Below, in pieces: positions 1-9,147 of a DNA stretch of 64,000 bases. How positions within the stretch are numbered: the first letter of the stretch is position 1; every line of letters begins with the position of its first letter. The notes under the pieces were generated by a model. That model did no database searches. It saw only the letters and a list, made by a program, of their open reading frames with translations, and was not told where the DNA came from. Source of the DNA: an uncultured Solirubrobacteraceae bacterium (GTDB lineage Bacteria; Actinomycetota; Thermoleophilia; Solirubrobacterales; Solirubrobacteraceae); contig CAWDZX010000001.1 of NCBI GenBank assembly GCA_963807275.1, positions 1,614,724 to 1,678,723 on the forward strand, given 5' to 3'. Position numbers and translations under genes: made by a program.

Positions 1-96
1 GACCATCCGCGCCGACGGCCGCGAGCGCTCGTAGGCGAGCCAGCCGGCCACGAGAACGACCGCGACGAGCAGGAACGAGGCGAGCGGCCAGCTCAC
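1..96 (-). CDS. ECF transporter S component (cobalamin-type), N-terminal fragment running off the window edge
   Basis: GTG at 96 overlaps the stop of the ATPase gene (GTGA). Translation VSWPLASFLLVAVVLVAGWLAYERSRPSARMV is a hydrophobic start typical of actinobacterial ECF S components, and it lies directly downstream of EcfA and EcfT. Confidence 0.7.
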   Translation of the reverse strand, partial: MSWPLASFLLVAVVLVAGWLAYERSRPSARMV

Positions 97-1775
97 GAGG
101 CGAGCTCCACCGTCGCGGCCGCGCGCAGCAGCTCGGCGCCCTGCTCGGGCAGCAGCGCGCCGCCGGCGCCGCCGAGGATGCGCGCCGTCTCGGTCGCGAA
201 GTACCAGCCGCCCGCGAGCAGCTCCGCCGTCGGCCCGTCGGCGATCACGCGACCGTCGGCGAGCAGGACGGCGCGCTGCGCGCACGCCGCCGCGAACTCG
301 GGGTCGTGCGTGGCGACGATCACCGCCTGGCCCTCCGCCGCGCGCCTGCGCAGCTCCTCGGCGAGCTCCGTCTTGGCGAGCCTGTCCATCCCGCGCGTTG
401 GCTCGTCGAGCGCGAGCACGGCCGGCGGCGCGAGCGGCTCCGAGGCGCCGGCGCTCCGGCTCGGCGGGCGCTCGTCGGTGACGATCGCGAGCGCCAAGCG
501 CTGGCGCTGGCCGCCCGAGAGGTCGCGAGGATTGCGGGCGGCCATGTCGCTCAGGCCGACCTTCGCGAGCGCCTGCGGCGAGGCCTCCTGCTCGACGCGC
601 TCGTGGATCAGGTAGTCGCCGGGGTTCTGCAGTAGCAGCGCGACGCGCCCGGCGCGCTCGATCTTGCCGCGCGTCGGCTCGAGCAGCCCGGCGGCGTGGC
701 GCAGGAGCGTCGACTTGCCGGCGCCGTTTCGCCCCATCAGCGCGACGCTCTCGCCAGGCGTGAGCGTCAGCTTGACGCCGCGCAGGATCGCCGGCCCCTC
801 GCGCAGCTCGTGCCACACGCCGCGCAGCGCGAGCGCCGGCCGCGGCTGCTTGGCGCGGCGGCCGCGGCGGCGCGGGCCGGCCGGCTCGCTCGCGCCGGTG
901 CCGCTACGCGGGTCGGCGAGCGCGCCCGTGTCCTGCTGCGCCGGCAGCAGCGCACGCGCGCGCAGCGCGGCGCGGGCCTGGCGCACGCCGACGGGCGCCG
1001 GGCTGAGCCCGGCCAGCGCGAACAGCTTCGCGCCCGGGGTCTGCAGCGCGGGCGCGCCGTTGGAGGCCCACTGCGCGAACGCCTGCGGCTCGCCGTCGCA
1101 GACGACCCGCCCGCCGTCGAGCGCGATGACGCGGTCGACGGCGCTGAGGCAGCGCTCGAGGCGGTGCTCGGCGAGCACGATCGTCGTCTCCCAGTCCTGG
1201 TTGATCCTGCGCAGGAGCGCGATCAGCTCGTCACCCGCGACCGGGTCGAGCTGCGAGGTCGGCTCGTCGAGCAGCACGATCCGCGGGCGCCCGGCGAGCG
1301 CCGCGCCGAGCGCTACGCGCTGCTGCTCGCCGCCGGAGAGCTCCTGCGTCGAGCGGTCGAGCAGCGCGTCGATGCCGAGCGCGAGCGCGACCTCCTCGAC
1401 GCCGCGCGCGACCGCCGTCGCGCCGTGGCCGCGCGTTTCGAGCGCGAGCGAGAGCTCTGCGCGCACGGTGCTCGTGACGAGCTGCGTCTCCGGGTCCTGA
1501 AACAGCGCGCCGGCGAATGCGCCGAGTCGCGCCGGACCGTGCTCGCGCGTGTCGAGGCCCGCGAGCTCGACGCGTCCGGCGAAGCGCCCGCCGTGGAAGT
1601 GCGGCGCGAGGCCGCACGCGGCGCGCAGCAAGGAGGACTTGCCGCTGCCCGAGAGCCCCGCGAGCAGGCAGAACTCACCGGGCTGCACGGCGAAGCTGAC
1701 ATCGCTCAGCGCCGCTGCGGCGGAAGCTGGGTAGTGGTAGGTGACGTGCTCGAAGGAGAGCAGCGCGCCGCTCAC
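93..1775 (-). CDS. ECF transporter ATP-binding protein, fused double ABC domain (EcfA-A')
   Basis: Two Walker A motifs (GLSGSGKS, GRNGAGKS), two signature motifs (LSGGEQQR, LSGGQRQR), LLDEPT and ALDEPT Walker B. Confidence 0.95.
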   Translation of the reverse strand: MSGALLSFEHVTYHYPASAAAALSDVSFAVQPGEFCLLAGLSGSGKSSLLRAACGLAPHFHGGRFAGRVELAGLDTREHGPARLGAFAGALFQDPETQLVTSTVRAELSLALETRGHGATAVARGVEEVALALGIDALLDRSTQELSGGEQQRVALGAALAGRPRIVLLDEPTSQLDPVAGDELIALLRRINQDWETTIVLAEHRLERCLSAVDRVIALDGGRVVCDGEPQAFAQWASNGAPALQTPGAKLFALAGLSPAPVGVRQARAALRARALLPAQQDTGALADPRSGTGASEPAGPRRRGRRAKQPRPALALRGVWHELREGPAILRGVKLTLTPGESVALMGRNGAGKSTLLRHAAGLLEPTRGKIERAGRVALLLQNPGDYLIHERVEQEASPQALAKVGLSDMAARNPRDLSGGQRQRLALAIVTDERPPSRSAGASEPLAPPAVLALDEPTRGMDRLAKTELAEELRRRAAEGQAVIVATHDPEFAAACAQRAVLLADGRVIADGPTAELLAGGWYFATETARILGGAGGALLPEQGAELLRAAATVELAS

Positions 1776-2674
1776 GACTCGATCCCTCGGCGGTCGCAGA
1801 ACGGCAGCACGGCAGCCGCGATCAGCGCGAGGCAGAGCGCGCCCGTGCCCGCGTCCAGATGCCAGCGGACCTGCGGGTAGGCGACGAACGAGGCGATCCC
1901 GCTGAGACGCCCGACGAGCGCGAGCGCCAGGATCGCGAGCGCCGAAGCGGCGAAGGCGAGGTCGTGACGCGAGAGGGCACGGCGCGGCGCGCGAGGCGAT
2001 CCATGCGAGCGTCGCGCCGCGGCGAACCCGCGCACCTCGAGCGTCGCGGCGACGTCCATCGCGCGGTCGAGCGAGCCCGCGACGACGGCGCTGAGCAGCG
2101 CGACGCGGCCGCGCGCGCCGCCCGGCGCACCGCCGGGTCGCGTGCGCTGCGCTTCGGCCAGCCGCTGCGAATCGGCCGAGAGCACCGGCAGCATCCGCGT
2201 CGCGAGCGTCGCCGTCAGCGCGGAGCGAAACGACATCCGGCGAAACAGACGCAGCAGCTCATCGGGGTCGATCGCGAGCCCGGCGAGCGCCGTGATCAAG
2301 ATCAGCAACGTCACCTTCAGCGCGATCACGCCGCCGTACACGACGGCCTCGAGCGTCAGGTCGCCCTGGCCGAACGGACCGAGGTCGCCGAGCCGCGCGA
2401 ACACGGTCAGCCCCTCGCGGCTGACGAGCACGTTGACGAGCACGATCGGCAGCGCGACGATCACGGCCGTGCGCAGCGAGCGCATCAGCCGAGGACCGAC
2501 ACCGGCGCCCCACGCCGCGCCGAGCACGCCGAGCAGCAGCGCCAGCAGGGCCAGCGGGTGGTAGAGGATCAGCGATGCCGCCGTCAGCGCGAGCGCCCAC
2601 AGCGCGGCGATGCTCGCGCGGGTCGCGTGCAGTGGGCTCGCGAGGCGCTTGTAGAAGAGCAGCGTCCCGATCAC
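1772..2674 (-). CDS. ecfT: ECF transporter transmembrane T component
   Basis: Several TM helices plus the CbiQ/EcfT coupling-helix motifs (RMLPVL...AQRTR; LDRAMDVAATLEVRGF). Start and stop overlap both neighbours. Confidence 0.9.
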   Translation of the reverse strand: MIGTLLFYKRLASPLHATRASIAALWALALTAASLILYHPLALLALLLGVLGAAWGAGVGPRLMRSLRTAVIVALPIVLVNVLVSREGLTVFARLGDLGPFGQGDLTLEAVVYGGVIALKVTLLILITALAGLAIDPDELLRLFRRMSFRSALTATLATRMLPVLSADSQRLAEAQRTRPGGAPGGARGRVALLSAVVAGSLDRAMDVAATLEVRGFAAARRSHGSPRAPRRALSRHDLAFAASALAILALALVGRLSGIASFVAYPQVRWHLDAGTGALCLALIAAAVLPFCDRRGIES

Positions 2675-3672
2675 GCTCTGGCCCCCGGGCGCGGCAGGGC
2701 GAGCGCTCCGGCCGGGCCGACCGCGACGGCGAAGCGGTCACGCAACACCGGCCGGCGAAACGACGCAACAGCGCGTTCGACGCCGGCTTCGTCGGTCCCC
2801 GTCACGGCCCACACCGGAGCGTCTTCGCCGCTGCGCGTCGCCGCGATCAGGCCGGCGCCGGCGGCGAGCGTCTGCACGGCACGGCCCTGCTCGTCGAGCA
2901 GCGTCAGCGTCGTGCCATCGGGCGCGAAGCGCGCGTAGACGCCGCTCGCGCGCGGGCCGCGGGCGAGTTCGCGGATCGCGAATTCGCCTGAGATCTTTCG
3001 CCACGGGCCGACGACGACGCGCAGCGTCTGCGTCGCCCCCGCGCCGCTGCCGAGCGCCGAGACGGCCGCCGGCACGCCTTCGCCGCGCAGGCGCTTGGTC
3101 ACCGCTTTGCACGCGCTGCCCTCGGCATCGGCGCATTCGACGCGCACCGGCAGACGTTTGCCGCCGATCCCGTTGAGGAACGGCTGCGGAAACGAGCCGA
3201 CGACGGCCGGGACGTCGTCGGTCACGCTCCAGTCGTGCCTGTCCCACCAGATCTGATCGCCCGGGTGCACGTTCATCGAGGCCGCGCCCTTGCTCGCCTC
3301 TACGCCGTTGACGTAATAGAACCAGTCGACGGGCCGCCCCCCTTCCTGGCCGCCGGCGAGCCCGTTGATGCTCTGCACGAAGCCGCCGGAGTAGCGCGTC
3401 GTGACGTTCGCGTTGCGCGCCAGCAGGCTCATCACGGTCTCCTGCCCACGCACCTTCGGGGCGACCGACCCGCGCACGGTCCCCGCGCCGAAGTCGCGCG
3501 TGACGAGCAGGCCGACGGCGCTCGGCGCCTTGCCCGCGCCGAGGCCGCAGCCCGACGCGAGCAGGACGAGCGCGAGAAGCCCCGCCCCGAGCAGCCCCGC
3601 GAGCGCCGGCACGGGTGAGCGGAGCGCCGCGCGCGGCCTCGACACCGGCCTTCCGCGGCGCATCGCGCTCAT
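2671..3672 (-). CDS. DUF4430-domain lipoprotein, putative cobalamin-capture protein
   Basis: Lipobox LLASGC; FVQSINGL...WFYYVNGVEASKGAASMNVHPGDQIWWD matches the DUF4430/transcobalamin-C-like signature; lies in the B12 riboswitch operon. Confidence 0.8.
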   Translation of the reverse strand: MSAMRRGRPVSRPRAALRSPVPALAGLLGAGLLALVLLASGCGLGAGKAPSAVGLLVTRDFGAGTVRGSVAPKVRGQETVMSLLARNANVTTRYSGGFVQSINGLAGGQEGGRPVDWFYYVNGVEASKGAASMNVHPGDQIWWDRHDWSVTDDVPAVVGSFPQPFLNGIGGKRLPVRVECADAEGSACKAVTKRLRGEGVPAAVSALGSGAGATQTLRVVVGPWRKISGEFAIRELARGPRASGVYARFAPDGTTLTLLDEQGRAVQTLAAGAGLIAATRSGEDAPVWAVTGTDEAGVERAVASFRRPVLRDRFAVAVGPAGALALPRPGARA

Positions 3673-3696
3673 CGCCGTGCTCGCCTCCAGGCGGCG

Positions 3697-4902
3697 CTAG
3701 CGGACATAGAAGACGATCCTCGAAGTGCCGCGCGCGAGCGACGTGCGATTGCCGGCGGCGTCGGTCGCTTGCACGTCGAGCACGTAGCGGCCCGGCGCGA
3801 GCGCGCCCGGCAGCAGGTAGGAGAAGCTCGGCGCCGAGCCGACCGCGAAGAAGCTCCCCTGCCCGCAGCGTGCGTGCTTGAAGCGCTCGGTCACGCCGTC
3901 GTAGGCGAAGCAGCGGCCGCGATAGGAGCGGCGCAGCTCGAGCGCGACCGAGGAGATCGCCGCGTGCGTGGCGACCGTGCCACTCAGCAGCTTCGGCCCG
4001 CGCCCGCGCGGGTAGACGTGCCCTTCCTGCACGCCTGTCGCATGCGCGACGACCGCGAACGGGCCTTTGTAGGCAGCGGCGGCGCTCGTACCGGGTGCGG
4101 CGCTCGAGACGCCGGAGGGGCTCGTCGTGCCGCACGTGCCGTCGTTGCCGTTGTGCACGCAGACGGTCGTCTCCGTGCGCACCGAGCCCGGCGCGGTGAC
4201 CTGCAGCTGGATGCTCCCGGTCTGCGGGATCGCGAGCGTCGCGCGCCCGAGCGCGTCGGTGCTCGCGCTCGCGCCGCCGCCGCTCACGCTCGCTCCGGCC
4301 GTGGGAGTGGCGGCTCCGCTGACGTTGTCGTAGGAGGTCACCGTCACGGCCACGGGCGCGCCGCGTTCGGCGACGGCCGGGGCGGAGACGCCGAGCGGGT
4401 TCGGCGGCGCCGGGCAGGCACCCGTTTCGCTGAAGCATTCGGGGAAGAAGAGGATGCTCTCACCGTTCTGCAGTTCGCCTTCGCAGATGCCGACGGAGGA
4501 GGATTTGTTGTCGAGCCAGTAGCTCCAGAAGTAGTTCGCGGCGGCGCCCGGTTCGAAGGCGTGCGTCTCGCCGAGGATCGTTTCGGCGGAGTAGCCGAAG
4601 CCGCCGAACCATTCGCCGTTCCAGCTGCCGCCGGTGGCGAGCTGCAGTGCGCCCGCGGCGCTGGCGCCGCTGCAGCTGTGTTCTTTGTTGCCGTCCTTGA
4701 CCACCGACGCGGCGGCGTCGGTAGTGACCTGGGTAGGCGGCAGCAGCGTCTGGTTGATCCCCTCGACGCGAACGGTCACGCTCGCCGAGGCGAGCGCCGA
4801 GGGAGCGCCGGCGAGGGCGAATGCGGCGAGTACGAGCAGCGCGGCGGCCAGCGAAGTGACGAGCGCCGACGGCCTTTGGGTACCACTGAGAGAACGGGAC
4901 AT
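3697..4902 (-). CDS. Secreted DUF4430-like protein with Ig-like and C-terminal beta domains, first gene of the B12 operon
   Basis: ATG at 4902 follows the riboswitch (the ORF-track start at 5052 lies inside the riboswitch). Signal peptide, then YFWSYWLDNKSSSVGIC...LQNGESILFF, which is DUF4430-like. Confidence 0.7.
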   Translation of the reverse strand: MSRSLSGTQRPSALVTSLAAALLVLAAFALAGAPSALASASVTVRVEGINQTLLPPTQVTTDAAASVVKDGNKEHSCSGASAAGALQLATGGSWNGEWFGGFGYSAETILGETHAFEPGAAANYFWSYWLDNKSSSVGICEGELQNGESILFFPECFSETGACPAPPNPLGVSAPAVAERGAPVAVTVTSYDNVSGAATPTAGASVSGGGASASTDALGRATLAIPQTGSIQLQVTAPGSVRTETTVCVHNGNDGTCGTTSPSGVSSAAPGTSAAAAYKGPFAVVAHATGVQEGHVYPRGRGPKLLSGTVATHAAISSVALELRRSYRGRCFAYDGVTERFKHARCGQGSFFAVGSAPSFSYLLPGALAPGRYVLDVQATDAAGNRTSLARGTSRIVFYVR

Positions 4903-4939
4903 GTGAGCCAACCCCTTTCCACGAGGGCTTGTGGGCTTT

Positions 4940-5102
4940 CGGTCGGAGGCAGGTCTCCTGGCTCCCGGGCCGATCCCTCGCGCCTTCCCGATCCGCGACG
5001 GCGGTTCGGTGGCTGCGCGCTTTCGCGCGCTACGACGGACATCCCCGGTCACAGTGGCGGGTCCGCGCCGGATTCACACCGGCTTCCCTTCACCACCGAC
5101 CG
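4940..5102 (-). ncRNA. Cobalamin (AdoCbl) riboswitch
   Basis: Minus strand reads GGGAAGCCGGTGTGAATCCGGCGCGGACCCGCCACTGTGA...GCCACC...GGGAAGG...GAGCCAGGAGACCTGCC (B12 box). P1 CGGTCGG/CCGACCG closes the element. TAGCAT -10 at 5117-5122. Confidence 0.97.
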
Positions 5103-5169
5103 TATTTACGCGACGAATGCTACTCGACGCGCAAGCACGTAGAGATCGCCATGTGTGTGCGGAAGCTCG

Positions 5170-5505
5170 TCAGTCGCTCGAACCGGCGCCGGCCTCGACG
5201 GCGCCCTTCAGCCGCGCGAGCCGGCCGTCCCACGCGGCCTCCGTTCGCGCGATCCACTCGCTCGCGCCGACGAGCGCGCCGCCGCGCAGGCGGTAGCGCA
5301 CCTCGCGCCCGTCCGCGGGCGCGCGCTCGACGAGACCCGCGTGGTCGAGCGCGGCGAGGTGCTTCGCGACGGCCTGGCGCGTGATCGGCAGCTCGGCGCC
5401 GAGGCGCGGCACGCTCGTCGTCCCCTCGCGCAGCAGCGCCTCGATCATCGAGCGCCGCGTCGGGTCGGCGAGCGCCGCGAAGACGGCTCCGAGCTCGTCG
5501 CTCAA
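5170..5505 (-). CDS. ArsR/SmtB-family transcriptional regulator
   Basis: TTG at 5505 overlaps the SRPBCC stop. [18 protein letters not shown]...[19 protein letters not shown] is an ArsR winged HTH; [10 protein letters not shown]-terminus is typical of the SRPBCC-linked subgroup. Confidence 0.9.
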   Translation of the reverse strand: MSDELGAVFAALADPTRRSMIEALLREGTTSVPRLGAELPITRQAVAKHLAALDHAGLVERAPADGREVRYRLRGGALVGASEWIARTEAAWDGRLARLKGAVEAGAGSSD

Positions 5506-5837
5506 GCCGCCACCACCGCGAGGCTGCCCGCACGCGCGCAGCCGGCGCCCGGCGCGAAGCTCGCCGCGAGCGTGCTCAGCGGGAAGGCCGCGGGCTCGCT
5601 CTCGGTCACGATCACGCGCGCGCCGGCGGGCGCCGCGACGATCTCGAACTCGACGCGCGTCGCGGGCTCGTCCTCGCCCCCCCACCACCAGACGAGCCTG
5701 CTCGGCGCCTCGACTACCTCGAGGTGCACCTCGCGATCGGGCTCCTGAAGCCAATCTTCGCGTCGCTCGCCGTCGACGAGCGCATCCCAGACATCCTCCG
5801 GCCTAGCCTCGATCTCGATCTCTCTGCTCGCTGGCAT
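5502..5837 (-). CDS. SRPBCC/AHSA1 (START-like) ligand-binding protein
   Basis: [16 protein letters not shown]...PSRLVWWW...TRVEFEI...GARVIVTE; coupled to the ArsR gene. Confidence 0.8.
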   Translation of the reverse strand: MPASREIEIEARPEDVWDALVDGERREDWLQEPDREVHLEVVEAPSRLVWWWGGEDEPATRVEFEIVAAPAGARVIVTESEPAAFPLSTLAASFAPGAGCARAGSLAVVAA

Positions 5838-5856
5838 GTATGCGCCGCCTCCTTGA

Positions 5857-5900
5857 CAACCAAGTGGTTGCTATTGTCGTTTGACAACCGTCAAGTTGTC
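5857..5900. promoter_or_regulatory. Two inverted-repeat operators CAAC-N6-GTTG between SRPBCC-arsR and clpP
   Basis: CAACCAAGTGGTTG (5857-5870) and GACAACCGTCAAGTTGTC (5883-5900); TTGACAACC is directly repeated at 5853 and 5881. Confidence 0.7.
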
Positions 5901-5915
5901 GAAAGGATAGCCAAC

Positions 5916-6551
5916 ATGCCACTGGTCCCGATGGTCGTCGAGCAGAGCGCGCGCGGCGAGCGCTCGTTCGACATCTACTCACGCCTGCTCAACGAGCGAA
6001 TCGTCTTCATCGGCACGCCCGTCGACGACCAGGTCGCGAACCTCGTCGTCGCGCAGCTGTTGCACCTCGAGTCGGAGGACTCCGAGAAGGACATCTCGCT
6101 GTACGTCAATTCGCCCGGCGGCGTCGTTTACTCGGGCCTTGCGATCTACGACACGATGCAGTTCGTCAAGCCCGACGTGCAGACGATCTGCTTCGGCGTC
6201 GCGATGAGCATGGGCTCGCTGCTGCTCGCCGGTGGCGCACCCGGAAAGCGCATGGCGCTGCCGAACAGCCGGATCCTGATCCACCAGCCCTCAGGCGGCT
6301 TCCAGGGCCAAGCTGCCGACATCGAGATCCACGCGAAGGAGACGCTCGAGCTGCGCCGCCACATCGACGAGATCTACTCAAAGCACACCGGCCAGCCGCT
6401 CGAGCGCGTGCACGACGACATGGACCGCGACCGCTACTTCACGGCCGAGCAGGCGCGCGAGTACGGGCTGATCGACCGCGTGATCGCCTCGCACGAGCTG
6501 AACCGGCTGCCGACGGGCTTCGCCGGGCGCGTCGACGGTGGCGATGCTTAG
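5916..6551 (+). CDS. clpP: ATP-dependent Clp protease proteolytic subunit
   Basis: [32 protein letters not shown]-terminus; catalytic Ser (AMSMGS), His (LIHQP), Asp (DRDRYF); GAAAGGA SD upstream of ATG 5916. Confidence 0.97.
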   Translation: MPLVPMVVEQSARGERSFDIYSRLLNERIVFIGTPVDDQVANLVVAQLLHLESEDSEKDISLYVNSPGGVVYSGLAIYDTMQFVKPDVQTICFGVAMSMGSLLLAGGAPGKRMALPNSRILIHQPSGGFQGQAADIEIHAKETLELRRHIDEIYSKHTGQPLERVHDDMDRDRYFTAEQAREYGLIDRVIASHELNRLPTGFAGRVDGGDA

Positions 6552-6584
6552 CGGTGCAGCCGATGAGATCCGGGACGCTCCGCG

Positions 6585-6602
6585 GCGGGGCATAGGCCCC
6601 GC
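6585..6602. terminator. GC-rich hairpin between convergent clpP and oxidoreductase genes
   Basis: GCGGGGC-ATAG-GCCCCGC, perfect 7-bp stem. Confidence 0.5.
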
Positions 6603-6644
6603 CCACGCACCGTCGCACAGGCTCGGCGCTCGGCAAAGATCGAA

Positions 6645-7883
6645 TTAATTATTTGGATCGGTGTTCGTATCGGCAAGTGCCGCGCGCCGAGCATCGTCGA
6701 GCGTCTCGCCGGCGACGATCAGCTCGCGCGCCGCGTCGAGATCGTCTGAGCGACCGAACGTCAGCGCGGCCTTGACGACGTTGTCCTTCAGGTACCAGTT
6801 CGTGAACTTGCCGTCCTTGAGCGACCCGCGCACGATCTCCTCATCCCACTCGTATGCGGGCCCGACGTACTCGAGTTCGCCCCAGTCGGCGAAGACCGAG
6901 AAGAAGTACGGCACCTCGGTGTGCGCGACGTCCTTTCCGAGCATGTTCAGCGCGGCCGTCTTGCCGTGGTTGAACGCGACGTCCCAGTGCTCGATTCGCA
7001 CGCGCTCGCCGCCGCGGATCTCAGAGGCGAACTCGCAGATGTCGCCGGCCGCGTAGACGCCCGGCACGCTCGTCTGAAGGCGCGAGTCGCAGCGCACGCC
7101 ACCGCGCTCGCCGAGCTCGAGCCCGGCGCGCTGCGCGAGCTGAACATCGGGCGTCACGCCGGCGCCGATCACGACCGCATCGGCGTCGAGCTCGAGGCCG
7201 TTGCGCGTGACGACCTGCGCGACGCTCTCCTCACCCTCGAAACGCTCGAGCTCGTCGCTCGCGTGGACCGTCACGCCGTGCGCTTCGAGCAGCTCCTGAA
7301 AGAAGCGCCCCGCCGTCGCGCCGAAGCCACGTTCGAGCGTGTGCTCCTCCTGCATCACGAGCGTGCAGTGCTTGCCGATCAGCGTCAGCGACGCGGCGAC
7401 CTCGCACGCGATGTAGGAGCCGCCGATCAGGACGATCTCGTGCGCATCCTTGACACCCTCGCGGATCGCCTGCGAGTTGCCGAGCGTGCGCAGGTAGTGG
7501 ATCTGCTCGAGGTGGCAGCCGTCGACGTTCAGGCGGCGCACGTTCGCGCCCGTCGCGAGCAGCGCCTTGCCGAACCCGAGCTCTTCCTTGTTCGAGAGCT
7601 TCGCCGTGCTCGCGTCGAGGTCGAGCGCCGTCACGCTCGTGCGCAGCATCAGCTCGATGTTCTGCTCCTCCCACCACTCGTTCGGGCGGAAGAACGCCTC
7701 CGAGCGGTCCTCCTTGCCCTGCAGGTAACCCTTCGAGCAGTCCGGGCGGTTGTACGGCGGGTCCGGCTCGCGCCCGACGAGCGCGATCGTGCCGTCGGCG
7801 CCTTCCTCGCGCAGCCAGCGCGCGCAGTTGGCCGACGCGAGGCCGCCGCCGATCAGCAGGTAGTCGACGTTGCGCGTCGGCAT
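6645..7883 (-). CDS. FAD/NAD(P)-dependent ferredoxin-reductase-like oxidoreductase
   Basis: LLIGGGLAS FAD motif, PPYNRPDCSK, second Rossmann IGGSYIACE, TSVPGVYAAGD, EHW and PYFFS C-terminal motifs. TAAGGT -10 lies 7 nt before the ATG (leaderless). Confidence 0.9.
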   Translation of the reverse strand: MPTRNVDYLLIGGGLASANCARWLREEGADGTIALVGREPDPPYNRPDCSKGYLQGKEDRSEAFFRPNEWWEEQNIELMLRTSVTALDLDASTAKLSNKEELGFGKALLATGANVRRLNVDGCHLEQIHYLRTLGNSQAIREGVKDAHEIVLIGGSYIACEVAASLTLIGKHCTLVMQEEHTLERGFGATAGRFFQELLEAHGVTVHASDELERFEGEESVAQVVTRNGLELDADAVVIGAGVTPDVQLAQRAGLELGERGGVRCDSRLQTSVPGVYAAGDICEFASEIRGGERVRIEHWDVAFNHGKTAALNMLGKDVAHTEVPYFFSVFADWGELEYVGPAYEWDEEIVRGSLKDGKFTNWYLKDNVVKAALTFGRSDDLDAARELIVAGETLDDARRAALADTNTDPNN

Positions 7884-7952
7884 GCGCCGGACCTTACAAC
7901 GTCCAGCGCATGCCCTTGGCGCCTTACGGCCGCGACCCGCGACTGCCGACGG

Positions 7953-9068
7953 CTAGATTTTCGTGTTGAAGTCGATCGCTTCTTCGTTCAGCCCATTCGC
8001 ACTCAGTTTCAGCCCCGCTCGTTCGTAGCCGGCTTCTTTGAAGTCCATTTCGAGCACTGCTTCGGCGCCGCCGATGAAGAAGCGCGTCTTCGGCACGCCA
8101 TGGCTCTCGCTCGCCGCCCATTTGATCTTTTCGACCATTTTGTCGGGCGTTTTCAACCCGACGATCAGGTCGCCGCGCACGCTCACAGGGTCGGAGCACG
8201 AGAACGTCGTGAGCGTTTCGCCAGACGTGGCCTTCAGATCGAGCCCGACCGAAGCCTTTTCGCCCGATTTGAGTTCGGTGACGCCAAGCGTGCCCGTGAG
8301 CGGCTCGAAGCGCACTTCGCCAGGCGCCGCGCCCGCGCTCGTGCACGTGCCCGTGATCCGGCTCGAGCAGCCCGTGAATGCCATCGCGCTGACCTCGACC
8401 TGTTTCGCCGCCGAGTATTCGCCCGTCGCGCTGCCGTGCGTGCAGACGATCTGGTTGTAGCCGTAGTACCTGCGGGTCGTCCCTTCGAGCTTCATCCCCT
8501 TCGCCGCCGTCAGCGTGAAGCCGTGTTTGACGATCGGCCGCGAGCCTTCGAACCCCGGGAACCATTCGAACTCCGAGTTGCCGAACGTCGAGCGCTGTTC
8601 CGTCTGGCAGCCGCTCGCCGTAAACGACCCGTTGCCGAAGCCGAGCTTCACGCACGTGCCGAATTCCGGCGGTTGCAGGTATTGGAAGCTCGACCTTTCG
8701 CCGACTTCGCTGACACCTTCGGCCGTTTCGACCGTGACCGCGACCGTGCCCGGACCCGCAGCCGGCGGCGATACCGCCGTGAGCCCTTCCGAGTCCCTCA
8801 CCATGAACGATTTCGCCGGTGTAGAGCCGAAGTAGACCGCGATCACGCCATTGAATTCGCTACCGCGAATTTCGACATCCGTATTGCCGCTCGTGCGACC
8901 GATCGGCGGCGTCACCAACCTCACCGTCGGGGCACTCGCCGCCGCCAGCGCCGGCGACGCTGCCAGCGATCCCAATGCAAGAGCCAAGACCACGCCGGCG
9001 CGGACGATCGCGCCACCCCCGAAGTTCCCCAACCTCATCTCCGACCCCCTCCTCGCGCGGCGCTTCAC
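7953..9068 (-). CDS. Secreted IPT/TIG-domain protein with Cys-paired C-terminal beta domain
   Basis: Signal peptide (VVLALALGSLAASPALA), then IPT/TIG-like APTVRLVTPPIGRTSGNTDVEIRGSEFNGVIAVYFG...LTAVSPP. Start may be the ATG at 9038. Confidence 0.7.
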   Translation of the reverse strand: MKRRARRGSEMRLGNFGGGAIVRAGVVLALALGSLAASPALAAASAPTVRLVTPPIGRTSGNTDVEIRGSEFNGVIAVYFGSTPAKSFMVRDSEGLTAVSPPAAGPGTVAVTVETAEGVSEVGERSSFQYLQPPEFGTCVKLGFGNGSFTASGCQTEQRSTFGNSEFEWFPGFEGSRPIVKHGFTLTAAKGMKLEGTTRRYYGYNQIVCTHGSATGEYSAAKQVEVSAMAFTGCSSRITGTCTSAGAAPGEVRFEPLTGTLGVTELKSGEKASVGLDLKATSGETLTTFSCSDPVSVRGDLIVGLKTPDKMVEKIKWAASESHGVPKTRFFIGGAEAVLEMDFKEAGYERAGLKLSANGLNEEAIDFNTKI

Positions 9069-9147
9069 GCCGCTGTCACAGACCGTTTACTGATAGCCAC
9101 CGACACGGCGGAGAGTACTCCTCCGCAGGGCTCCGCGGCGTGTTGCC

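Noticed and set aside
4903-5052. N-terminal extension of the 451-aa ORF
   Set aside because: It runs through the cobalamin riboswitch; the true start is ATG 4902.
5170-5754. ORF-track 194-aa protein read as a single gene
   Set aside because: Only the part from TTG 5505 is ArsR-like; the upstream part overlaps the SRPBCC gene in another frame.
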